Virus record (IMG/VR): IMGVR_UViG_3300043410_001471
Location: 181,437 to 245,436 of that record
Length of the DNA stretch: 64,000 nucleotides
Strand: one strand, 5' to 3'
In this document: positions 21,278 to 29,848 of the stretch, piece after piece
How positions within the stretch are numbered: position 1 is the first letter of the stretch
How the letters are laid out: each line of letters starts with the position of its first letter
Notes under the pieces: generated by a model
Seen by the model: the letters and a program-made list of their open reading frames with translations, nothing else
Database searches by the model: none
Told to the model about the DNA's origin: nothing
Made by a program: the position numbers and the translations under genes

Positions 21278-21909
21278 TTATACCAACACTTTGGAAATCT
21301 AATAGAACTAAAAAATTACTTTCCGATTTAAGAGAATGCGAATATGTTGATGAAATAATTGTTATAGATAATGAATCACCAGCTGATATGAATTTATTTG
21401 TAGAACCAAAAATGCGAATGATTTCAAAAGGTAAAAACATTTATGTAAATCCTGCATGGAATTGGGGTATTGATTTAGCAAAAAATGAATCAATCGCATT
21501 ATTAAACGATGATATAAATTTTGACCCAAACATTTTTGGTTTAATTACAAATGATGTATTAAATCAATATGGTATTATAGGTATGGGGGAAGGAAATTAT
21601 AGAGGTGAAATTGATGAAGAAAGAGGACCTTATTTAGATGTATGGCAGCCTGGTGTGAATGATTGGGGATGGGGATGTTTCATTATGTTCAATAGAAAAT
21701 ATTGGGTAGATATTCCGAATGATATTAAAATTTGGTATGGTGATAATTTTATTAAAGATGTAAACACATCACCAAAAGCATGTTTAAGGAATTTCAAAGT
21801 AGAAACCGAAATGAGTACAACATCCGATGAAAAAGAATGGGATGAAATTAAGAAACAAGATTATGAGTATTTTATAAATTATTTGCGTTATGGAAAAACT
21901 ACCAATTAG
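21259..21909 (+). CDS. GT2 glycosyltransferase
   Basis: SVIIPT, IIVIDN, LLNDD. Confidence 0.85.
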   Translation: MDKYSVIIPTLWKSNRTKKLLSDLRECEYVDEIIVIDNESPADMNLFVEPKMRMISKGKNIYVNPAWNWGIDLAKNESIALLNDDINFDPNIFGLITNDVLNQYGIIGMGEGNYRGEIDEERGPYLDVWQPGVNDWGWGCFIMFNRKYWVDIPNDIKIWYGDNFIKDVNTSPKACLRNFKVETEMSTTSDEKEWDEIKKQDYEYFINYLRYGKTTN

Positions 21910-22633
21910 TGTAGGAATATTGGCTTGGCATAGTGGACAAGTATTAGTGGATACATTAACTACATATCACAACAACGGATTGTTTGATATGGTAAATGAT
22001 GTTACAATACTATTTCAGGAATTCAATGAACAAGATTATCAAATTGCAAAGCATTTTGGTTTGGATTTTATTGGATTGACACAAAATATTGGTATTGGGC
22101 AAGCATTTATTAAATTAACTGAAAATGCACAAACCGATAATGTTTTGGTATTGGAGCACGATTGGAATCTAATAGAAGATAGAGACACCGCATATGATAG
22201 ATTATCATCTGGTTTAGAATTATTGGATGGTAGCGTTGATGTGGTTAGATACAGACACAGAGTAAACCCTGGATTTCCACATTTTTCATTCAGACATCAA
22301 GGAAATGAATTAACTTATTATGATGATGAAATTGGAGCAACATCACCGCATCTTTTAGATTCGGTTCATTGGTGTGACCCACATAAATCATTTCCAGAAC
22401 AAATAGGCCAATTTGGAGAATACTTTTTGAGTAGTTCTAGATATGGTAATTGGACAAATAATCCTTGCTTATATAGAAAGCAATTCTATTTAGATGTTGT
22501 AAAACCTTTCGCCGGTGATGGAATTTCATTGGAAGGTAACATTGGAAAATGGTGGGTTCAACAAAATTACGGAGTAGCACATGGTGAGGGATTATTCATG
22601 CATAATGATTGGCAAAAATACGGAAGAAGATGA
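21890..22633 (+). CDS. GT-A fold glycosyltransferase
   Basis: NIGIG.A, VLVLEHDW (DxD-like). Confidence 0.7.
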   Translation: MEKLPISVGILAWHSGQVLVDTLTTYHNNGLFDMVNDVTILFQEFNEQDYQIAKHFGLDFIGLTQNIGIGQAFIKLTENAQTDNVLVLEHDWNLIEDRDTAYDRLSSGLELLDGSVDVVRYRHRVNPGFPHFSFRHQGNELTYYDDEIGATSPHLLDSVHWCDPHKSFPEQIGQFGEYFLSSSRYGNWTNNPCLYRKQFYLDVVKPFAGDGISLEGNIGKWWVQQNYGVAHGEGLFMHNDWQKYGRR

Positions 22634-23421
22634 AATATACAATAGTAGGATGTATAACAAAATATGGAGTAGAGCAAATTAAACCATTCGTTGAATCAAT
22701 TGAACGAAGTGGATTTAGTGGTGAAAAATTAATGTTAGTATATGATGTTACACAAGATACACTGGATTATTTAAATGATAAAGGGTGGATATTGGTTCAA
22801 TCAGAACCTCAACAACATATCATCTTACAAAGATTTAGAGATATGTATCAGATATTACATCAATATGAAACAGATGTAATTATTTGGGTCGATGTTAAAG
22901 ATATTATTTTTCAAAAAGACCCAACTGAATGGTTGAATAAATGGATGAGAAGGGATATCCTTGCATTTAGTGAATCATTGAAATTTGGAGATGAGGAATG
23001 GGCAAGATTAAATGCCGGAACATCATTTCCAATGGAATGGGAATGGTTACAAAATGAACAAATATATTGCGCAGGAACTATTGTTGGTAAGAGAGATGCA
23101 ATTAGAGATTTGTTTATTGACATTTATAGATGGAGTTTAACAACATCTAATCCAGAACAATTGGCAGACCAGGCTGCATACAACATTCTTATTCATTTGA
23201 ATCAATTTAAAGATAAGGTTCAATTTGTAAAACAACAAGAGGGATTTGCAGCACAATTACATTTGAAGTTAAAAAAGGGAGATACTTTACCATATACGGA
23301 AGTACTACCAACCATTGATGGTGATGTAATTAAAAATGAAAAAGGTGAATTGTACACATTGATTCATCAATATGATAGAAACGAAGAACTTAAAAAAATC
23401 ATAGAAAATAAATACAAATGA
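22630..23421 (+). CDS. GT-A-like glycosyltransferase
   Basis: WVDVKDIIFQKDP, DQAAYN, IHQYDR; ATG 22630 preferred. Confidence 0.65.
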   Translation: MKYTIVGCITKYGVEQIKPFVESIERSGFSGEKLMLVYDVTQDTLDYLNDKGWILVQSEPQQHIILQRFRDMYQILHQYETDVIIWVDVKDIIFQKDPTEWLNKWMRRDILAFSESLKFGDEEWARLNAGTSFPMEWEWLQNEQIYCAGTIVGKRDAIRDLFIDIYRWSLTTSNPEQLADQAAYNILIHLNQFKDKVQFVKQQEGFAAQLHLKLKKGDTLPYTEVLPTIDGDVIKNEKGELYTLIHQYDRNEELKKIIENKYK

Positions 23422-24314
23422 AAAAAATAGTTATAACATCCTTTGTGATGCCACATGAATTAGATGATTTGGAAAGAGTATTAGTTGATTTAAATAAAAC
23501 TATTAAATATGTAGATGGAAATAACTATGAGTTTTACATATCATTTTCAGTATCCGATTATCTATTTGATTGGGAAAATTCAAAAGTTGATAAGCAATTT
23601 TTTATAGATAGATTTAATTCATTGAAACCATTGACTGATTGGGCATCTAAATCAACATTTCAAATAAGAGATGAAATATATGGAGCATTTCAATGTAAAC
23701 GATATGCACATATGGAATGTAATGATGCAACCCATTTTATTTGGTTAGATACTGATATTTGTTTTGATGATAAAATTCTATTCTATATGGAAAAAGGAAT
23801 AGATGCAATTGAAGAAGGTAATTGGACTAAATATTTTATTACACCCGAAATTGTTAAATATTGGGATACAACTTGGGATTGTTTGGTTAATGAAAATTTT
23901 ATAGATAAACCATTAGATTATTGTAAAACGAATAACCCATTCGAAGATGCAGGGCAATATGGCGATGTGGGAATAGAAACTGTTTATAACAATGTACCCG
24001 GACAACCTATAACGAAATTTGGAGCAGGTTGGTTTACTTTATTATCGAAAGAATTATTGGATAGAATACCTTTGCCAGAATCTATGGGAGCATATGGCCC
24101 AGATGATACATTTTTAATGTGGGGAATCCAAAAATTAAATGAAACGGGTGAATCCATATACCAATTTAAATTAAAAAATCAGGTAGTTTGTGAGAACTAT
24201 ATTTATAGAAATAGAAAACACTATGATTCAATCTTAAAAAGAATCGATAGAAAGGAGGAATTTAAACAAATAGCACACTCCAATTTTCAACAAGAATTAA
24301 ATAAGATAAACTAA
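23418..24314 (+). CDS. GT-A-like glycosyltransferase
   Basis: FIWLDTD DxD motif, YGPDD; located in GT cluster. Confidence 0.55.
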   Translation: MKKIVITSFVMPHELDDLERVLVDLNKTIKYVDGNNYEFYISFSVSDYLFDWENSKVDKQFFIDRFNSLKPLTDWASKSTFQIRDEIYGAFQCKRYAHMECNDATHFIWLDTDICFDDKILFYMEKGIDAIEEGNWTKYFITPEIVKYWDTTWDCLVNENFIDKPLDYCKTNNPFEDAGQYGDVGIETVYNNVPGQPITKFGAGWFTLLSKELLDRIPLPESMGAYGPDDTFLMWGIQKLNETGESIYQFKLKNQVVCENYIYRNRKHYDSILKRIDRKEEFKQIAHSNFQQELNKIN

Positions 24315-24995
24315 ATGAGTAATTTAATTATTTTTGGTGATTCATTTTCAACTCATTTTACAACAGATGATTCTGTTAAGATAGAAGAAAGTTGGCCACA
24401 ATTACTTTCCAATAAATTAAATATGAATGTAATAAATCATTCATTAGTAGGAGGATGTAATGGAGAAATATTAAATAAATTTTTTAAAGAATATCAATGT
24501 ATTAAAAATAATGATATTGTCATTTTAGAAATTGGATTTTTTAATAGATTGTTGGACCATTTTAAAAATACAACAATACATTTAGAATACGATGATAGGT
24601 TTGATGAATTGGATTTTGAATTTTTCAGTAGAAAAGTATTGGATATGGATGAATACATACGACAGGATATAATAAAATATGGATTCATTTGTGAATATTT
24701 GAAGCAAAAAGGTAATAAATTTTACATATGGTGTTTGGATAGAGAACTATCATCTAAGAATGAACCATATGCACATTCACAATTTCATATATCACTTATA
24801 AAACAATTTGAATCAAATTTAATAACATTTAATGGCAAATATAGTTTAATGGATGAGGTAATAGAAAAAACACCTAAATATTGGGTAAATAATTCTGATA
24901 AACATTTCAATAAAACTGGCCATCAATTTTTTTTTCAATATTTATATGATATAATAATGTCTAAAATAGAAAAAGAAAATAAAAAAATAATATGA
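24315..24995 (+). CDS. SGNH-hydrolase-like protein
   Basis: FGDSFS, GGCN, SDKH (DxH). Confidence 0.65.
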   Translation: MSNLIIFGDSFSTHFTTDDSVKIEESWPQLLSNKLNMNVINHSLVGGCNGEILNKFFKEYQCIKNNDIVILEIGFFNRLLDHFKNTTIHLEYDDRFDELDFEFFSRKVLDMDEYIRQDIIKYGFICEYLKQKGNKFYIWCLDRELSSKNEPYAHSQFHISLIKQFESNLITFNGKYSLMDEVIEKTPKYWVNNSDKHFNKTGHQFFFQYLYDIIMSKIEKENKKII

Positions 24996-25369
24996 AATTC
25001 GAAGTAACTAATCCAAAGGCGTGGAAAGCTGTAAATGAAAAAAACATTCCAATGTCTCATAAAATTAAAGTATATGAGAAATTAGGAGGAGCATATCGTT
25101 TAGGTGAAAATGGGGGTGAGCAGGTATTTAACAAAATGACAGAATTGTTAAAACATAAAATAAATGAAGGACCTGAAACACAAGACCACGAAGTATCCAT
25201 GGCAGGTGGTCAATTGGATGATATTATAAGAAACGCAACCGAACTAAAAGGTAAGGTTGGTGAACAAGAAATGAATTTACCTGGTTGGATTCAAGACCAC
25301 ATATCTCAAGCTCAAAATTTTATTAATCAAGCTAATACTGGCTTTCATAAATTAGATGGAGGTGAATAA
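24992..25369 (+). CDS. Hypothetical, possibly virion-associated (DHEVSMA motif)
   Basis: INEG then DHEVSMA; ATATTTATA motif 46 nt upstream. Confidence 0.6.
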   Translation: MKFEVTNPKAWKAVNEKNIPMSHKIKVYEKLGGAYRLGENGGEQVFNKMTELLKHKINEGPETQDHEVSMAGGQLDDIIRNATELKGKVGEQEMNLPGWIQDHISQAQNFINQANTGFHKLDGGE

Positions 25370-25370
25370 T

Positions 25371-25685
25371 ATGGATAATTTATATACAGTCTTAATATCA
25401 ATTGTGACAGTATTGGGTTCAGCAGGAGCTTTTAGATACTATGAAAAAAGACAGATTCATAAAGAAAGAGATGAAGATTTCATCCGTCACGATTGTAAAG
25501 ATAGAATCGCTAAATTAGAAGCTCTATTGGAATCATCTGCAAAAGAAAAAGATGACCTTCGTAATATGGTATTGGCACTTACAAAAGAAGTGGCAGCATT
25601 ATCAGTTAAGGTTGAATTCCTTACAAGAGAAAACGAAGAACTTCATAAAAAGACAAAAACAAAAAAGTCATTATTGAATGGTTAA
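25371..25685 (+). CDS. Membrane-anchored coiled-coil protein
   Basis: N-terminal hydrophobic helix followed by heptad pattern. Confidence 0.7.
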   Translation: MDNLYTVLISIVTVLGSAGAFRYYEKRQIHKERDEDFIRHDCKDRIAKLEALLESSAKEKDDLRNMVLALTKEVAALSVKVEFLTRENEELHKKTKTKKSLLNG

Positions 25686-26520
25686 TAACTTTACATCGGG
25701 TATGTGGAATGGTATGAAAGTGGAATTCGGAAAAGTTTATTCCGGATTAAATACTTTTGCATTTAGACCATTGCAAGAAGCGGGTGAAAAGAAATTGAGA
25801 ATATTTGATTTTGATGATACATTAGTTAAAACAAAATCACACATATACATCACACATAAAGATGGTAAAAAATCTAAACTAACACCTGGTGAATATGCAA
25901 TATACGAACCAAAAGATGGTGACCAATTTGATTTTTCCGATTTTGAAAAGGTAAAACAACCACAAGAAATCAAGGGTGTTACGAGATTACTTAAAAATAT
26001 AGTAAGAGTAGGTGGTTCAGAAATCGTAATATTAACAGCAAGGAGCGCTTATAAACCAATTAAGGATTACTTATCCGATATTGGATTAGATAAGTTATAT
26101 GTGGTGGCATTAGCCGATTCTGACCCACAAAAGAAAGCAGACTGGATAGAGAGTAAAATAAAGAGTGGAGTAACGGATGTATTCTTCATAGATGATTCAC
26201 ATAAGAATGTATCAGCAGTTCAAGCTTTATCTAAAAAATATCCAAACATATCATTAAAGGTAAGACATGTTCAGCACGATATACCAACACCACCAAAACA
26301 AAATGATGATATGAAAACTCAATCAAAACAAAAAGATGTAACTAAACCAACATCAACAAAAGGAAATGATATGAGTTTGAAATCATTATTACCAAAGGAT
26401 TTGGATAAGAAGATTAAGAATCCAGAAACGGGTAAAATGATTAAATTAAAAACAGCATTAGGATACGAAAAAGATACAAAAGCATATAAAGCAGCACAAT
26501 TTGCATTAAAACAAAAATAG
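25678..26520 (+). CDS. HAD-superfamily hydrolase with C-terminal basic module
   Basis: FDFDDTL, ILTAR, FIDDS. Confidence 0.8.
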   Translation: MVNNFTSGMWNGMKVEFGKVYSGLNTFAFRPLQEAGEKKLRIFDFDDTLVKTKSHIYITHKDGKKSKLTPGEYAIYEPKDGDQFDFSDFEKVKQPQEIKGVTRLLKNIVRVGGSEIVILTARSAYKPIKDYLSDIGLDKLYVVALADSDPQKKADWIESKIKSGVTDVFFIDDSHKNVSAVQALSKKYPNISLKVRHVQHDIPTPPKQNDDMKTQSKQKDVTKPTSTKGNDMSLKSLLPKDLDKKIKNPETGKMIKLKTALGYEKDTKAYKAAQFALKQK

Positions 26521-26522
26521 TT

Positions 26523-26909
26523 ATGATTTACCTTTTAACGGGTCAACCTGGGAGTGGTAAAACTACTTTAGGAAAAAAGTTACAAATTTGGTTACAAACG
26601 GATAAAAAAAATTGGCGTAAATCCGTATTCCACATAGATGAACATCAAACAACACACCCTATTGAAGTTGCAAAATATTTGGATAAATGTGGTAATGATG
26701 TTGTAATAAGTTTTGTATTTCCCAATAGAAAAATAAGAGAAAAATTTAAATCCGAAAATAAAGTACAGGAAATCTATTGTCATACTAAAAAAATGAGAAC
26801 GGATTCAATTGTTACTGATTACGAACCACCAATACAATTTTTTGTAGATTTGGATACATCGGATACACCCGATAATACTTTTACAAAATTAATAAAATTG
26901 TTATTATAA
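26523..26909 (+). CDS. Short P-loop kinase (APS kinase/CysC-like)
   Basis: LTGQPGSGKTT, YEPP.. Confidence 0.65.
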   Translation: MIYLLTGQPGSGKTTLGKKLQIWLQTDKKNWRKSVFHIDEHQTTHPIEVAKYLDKCGNDVVISFVFPNRKIREKFKSENKVQEIYCHTKKMRTDSIVTDYEPPIQFFVDLDTSDTPDNTFTKLIKLLL

Positions 26910-27694
26910 TGAAATTCGATAGAATATATGTCAATGGGTGTAGTTTCAGTTGCGCAGGTGGATTACAATGGGATATACATAAAAAATTATACAAAGAAAA
27001 ATTATCAATTGATATAGATAATCATATGGATTTCGCATATCCAACTCTAATTGCAAATCACTTCAATGTACCCGTAATAAATGAATCAATTTCAGGTGGT
27101 TCAATTAATAGATTGATTAGAAAAACTTACGAATATATTTTTAAAAATATTCATAATTTAAAGGGAACTTTAATTATGTTAGAAATTCCACCAATGTGGC
27201 GAGATGAACTTTGGTCTAATAAATTAGATAGAACTTTAAATATTACAAGCGGATTGATAAGTGCACCTGATACCGATTTAACAGATATATCAAATGGATA
27301 TGGTAAGCATGAATTTAAAAAAATATACAATGAAGTTATGGTATATTTTGATTCATTTGTAAACCCCGATTTTGAAGATAAAAAATCGTATAATTCTCTA
27401 ATTGGATTATTATCTTTTATTAAAAGTTTAGAAATAGAATGTATTATTTTGGATAATTCGGAATTCCATCATTATCTTCTTAAAAATAATATGAGAGATA
27501 TTAAATTTAATTTTTGTTTTTTTGAAAACATACAAATGCATAGCTGGTTCAGAATCAAAAAGCTAACCATTGATGATGAATTAAATATGAAAAATATAGA
27601 TGGACATGCTGGAATTAAAGGAAATACGGAAATAAGTAAAACAATAATAAATTATATTAATAAAATTATTTTAGATAAGAAAATAATAATTTGA
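26909..27694 (+). CDS. SGNH-hydrolase-like protein
   Basis: NGCSFS, GGS.N, IDGH (DxH). Confidence 0.6.
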   Translation: MKFDRIYVNGCSFSCAGGLQWDIHKKLYKEKLSIDIDNHMDFAYPTLIANHFNVPVINESISGGSINRLIRKTYEYIFKNIHNLKGTLIMLEIPPMWRDELWSNKLDRTLNITSGLISAPDTDLTDISNGYGKHEFKKIYNEVMVYFDSFVNPDFEDKKSYNSLIGLLSFIKSLEIECIILDNSEFHHYLLKNNMRDIKFNFCFFENIQMHSWFRIKKLTIDDELNMKNIDGHAGIKGNTEISKTIINYINKIILDKKIII

Positions 27695-27727
27695 TATACT
27701 TATTAGTATAATCAAATAGTTATTAGT

Positions 27728-28303
27728 ATGGAAAACGAAGAAATGGAAGGATTCTTTCCAAATATCGAAGAAACAAGTAGAATCACAAAAAGAGGGTTAG
27801 GTGCTAAACCCATATTAGAATCACAAATAAAAGCAGCACAAGAAAAATCTCGTTCAGCATTCGAAGCAGCGAGAACATTGGGTATCTCATATAACACATA
27901 TAAGAAGTATGCCAAATTATATGGTATTTTTGAAGATTTAAAAAACCCATATGGCATTGGTATTGAGAGAGCCAAAAAAATCAAAAACAAAAAGTATCAT
28001 ATTGATGATTTAATTGCAGGGAAGCATTTAAAATATCCTCTATTCAAGTTCAAAAACAAATTGTTTGATAGTGGGTATTTACCAAAGGTATGTTCAAGTT
28101 GTGGATTCAGCGAAGAAAGAGTTACTGATGGAAAAATGCCATTATTGATTGATTTTTTAGATGGTAATCTAAATAATAGAAAGTTAGAAAACATTAGAGC
28201 ATTATGTTATAATTGTTTCTTCTTATTGGTAGGAGAACGAAATGTAAAGAATTGGTATGCAGAAAACGGAAATCCAGAAGATGAAGAAAATATACAGGAG
28301 TAA
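27728..28303 (+). CDS. HTH + degenerate HNH-fold protein
   Basis: AARTLGISYNTYKKYA helix-turn-helix; CSSC...IDFLDGN..N..LENIRALCYNC. Confidence 0.7.
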   Translation: MENEEMEGFFPNIEETSRITKRGLGAKPILESQIKAAQEKSRSAFEAARTLGISYNTYKKYAKLYGIFEDLKNPYGIGIERAKKIKNKKYHIDDLIAGKHLKYPLFKFKNKLFDSGYLPKVCSSCGFSEERVTDGKMPLLIDFLDGNLNNRKLENIRALCYNCFFLLVGERNVKNWYAENGNPEDEENIQE

Positions 28304-29309
28304 AGTCCCATTCAGGATTAGTTTTGGAGGTGGGGGTACTGATATGCCCGAATATACCAAATCACATATTGGTGCGGTAATCAATACTACTATTCGTTTA
28401 TTTACACATACATCTCTACAATTGAGAGATGATACCAAAGTTACATTTAAATGGATAAATAAGGATGAATTTGAGGAGCATGAGTTCAGTAGTGAGTTAG
28501 ATTGTTCGTATGGATTAAAACTCTTTAAAGCAACTCATAATCACATTTGCAAACGATTTAAGATAGAACCAATTGGATATGATATAGTTACCAATCAAGA
28601 TGTGCCAACTGGTAGTGGATTAGGAACTTCATCTACTCTTATAGTTTCTCTCATTGGTGTTTATATGGAATTATTCAACTTACCACTGGGTGAATATGAT
28701 ATCGCTGAAATGGCTATTCAAATTGAAAGAGTTGAATTGAAAGAAAATGGCGGTAAGCAAGACCAATACGCAGCAGCATTTGGTGGATTCAACTATATGG
28801 AATTTAGAGGAAATGATGTTATTGTAAATCCAATTAGAATCAGAGATAAGGTACAAGATGAAATTGAAAATAATATAGTTTTGTATTTTACAAATTTCAC
28901 TCGAAAGAGTTCCGATGTATTAGAAGAGCAAGTTAAAAAAATGGCTGATAATAACACAACATCGTTACTTTCATTACACGCATTGGTTGAACAAGCAAAA
29001 ATGATTAAAGATTGTCTTATTAAGGGAAACATTGATGAATTGGGTGAAATATTGGATTACGGATTTCAGCAAAAGAAATTATTAGCAAAAGGAATCAGTA
29101 CAACTGAAATAGAGCTATTATACAAAACTGCATTGGAGGCAGGGGCAACCGGTGGTAAGATAAGTGGAGCCGGTGGTGGGGGATTTATGTTCTTCTATTG
29201 TCCAAATAATACCAAATATAATGTTATTAAAGCATTGGATTCATTGAAGATGGGATATCATCAGCCATTTACTTGGAATAAATTTGGTATGAGGACTTGG
29301 CAAATATAA
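28281..29309 (+). CDS. GHMP kinase, HddA-like (heptose-7-phosphate/sugar kinase)
   Basis: PFRISFGGGGTD, PTGSGLGTSS, GKQDQYAAAFGG, KISGAGGGG. Confidence 0.88.
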   Translation: MKKIYRSKVPFRISFGGGGTDMPEYTKSHIGAVINTTIRLFTHTSLQLRDDTKVTFKWINKDEFEEHEFSSELDCSYGLKLFKATHNHICKRFKIEPIGYDIVTNQDVPTGSGLGTSSTLIVSLIGVYMELFNLPLGEYDIAEMAIQIERVELKENGGKQDQYAAAFGGFNYMEFRGNDVIVNPIRIRDKVQDEIENNIVLYFTNFTRKSSDVLEEQVKKMADNNTTSLLSLHALVEQAKMIKDCLIKGNIDELGEILDYGFQQKKLLAKGISTTEIELLYKTALEAGATGGKISGAGGGGFMFFYCPNNTKYNVIKALDSLKMGYHQPFTWNKFGMRTWQI

Positions 29310-29344
29310 AAATTATTCGTATATTTGAATATTAAGAAATTATT

Positions 29345-29545
29345 ATGTCTCTAAAAGTAACTAAAGAAAACAATAGTAAAACGGAAAAACCAACAAAATT
29401 TGAATACATATTCGAAGATGAGGAATGTAAATCCATATGGAAGTATGACCTTAAAAAATCAACCGCTGGACCGATATCAGTTGAATATCATTGGAAGGCT
29501 CACTATTTAAAGGAGCTAGAACTTAGAAGAAAAAGAGGAAGATAA
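29345..29545 (+). CDS. Hypothetical protein
   Basis: ORF directly after a TATATTTG promoter. Confidence 0.7.
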   Translation: MSLKVTKENNSKTEKPTKFEYIFEDEECKSIWKYDLKKSTAGPISVEYHWKAHYLKELELRRKRGR

Positions 29546-29597
29546 ATTTGGTAATTCAAAAAAATCTCCTTATATTTGTATAACTAAAACCAAAAGT

Positions 29598-29768
29598 ATG
29601 AGTAAAAAGCAAGAATTATTCGAACAAATGAACAAATTGTGGAACACCTTTGTGGAAGAGCACAATAAAACAACAAAAGTATCTCAAAAGAATGCCCGAA
29701 CGGCGATTGGTGACTTGAAAAAGTTAGTAACTGATTATAGACAGGCTTCGGTTGAGGAATCAAAGTAG
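29598..29768 (+). CDS. 56-aa histone-like (Hc1-type) protein, absent from the ORF track
   Basis: MSKKQELFEQMNKLWNTFVEEHNKTTKVSQKNARTAIGDLKKLVTDYRQASVEESK; own promoter (29571) and terminator (29779). Confidence 0.65.
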   Translation: MSKKQELFEQMNKLWNTFVEEHNKTTKVSQKNARTAIGDLKKLVTDYRQASVEESK

Positions 29769-29778
29769 TAAACCCAAT

Positions 29779-29805
29779 GGGGTACATGAAAGTGTACCCC
29801 TTTTT
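29779..29805 (+). terminator. Rho-independent terminator
   Basis: GGGGTACA/TGTACCCC stem followed by T-run. Confidence 0.85.
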
Positions 29806-29848
29806 ATTTTAACAATTAAACAATTTTTTTAACAAAAACAAAACAAGT

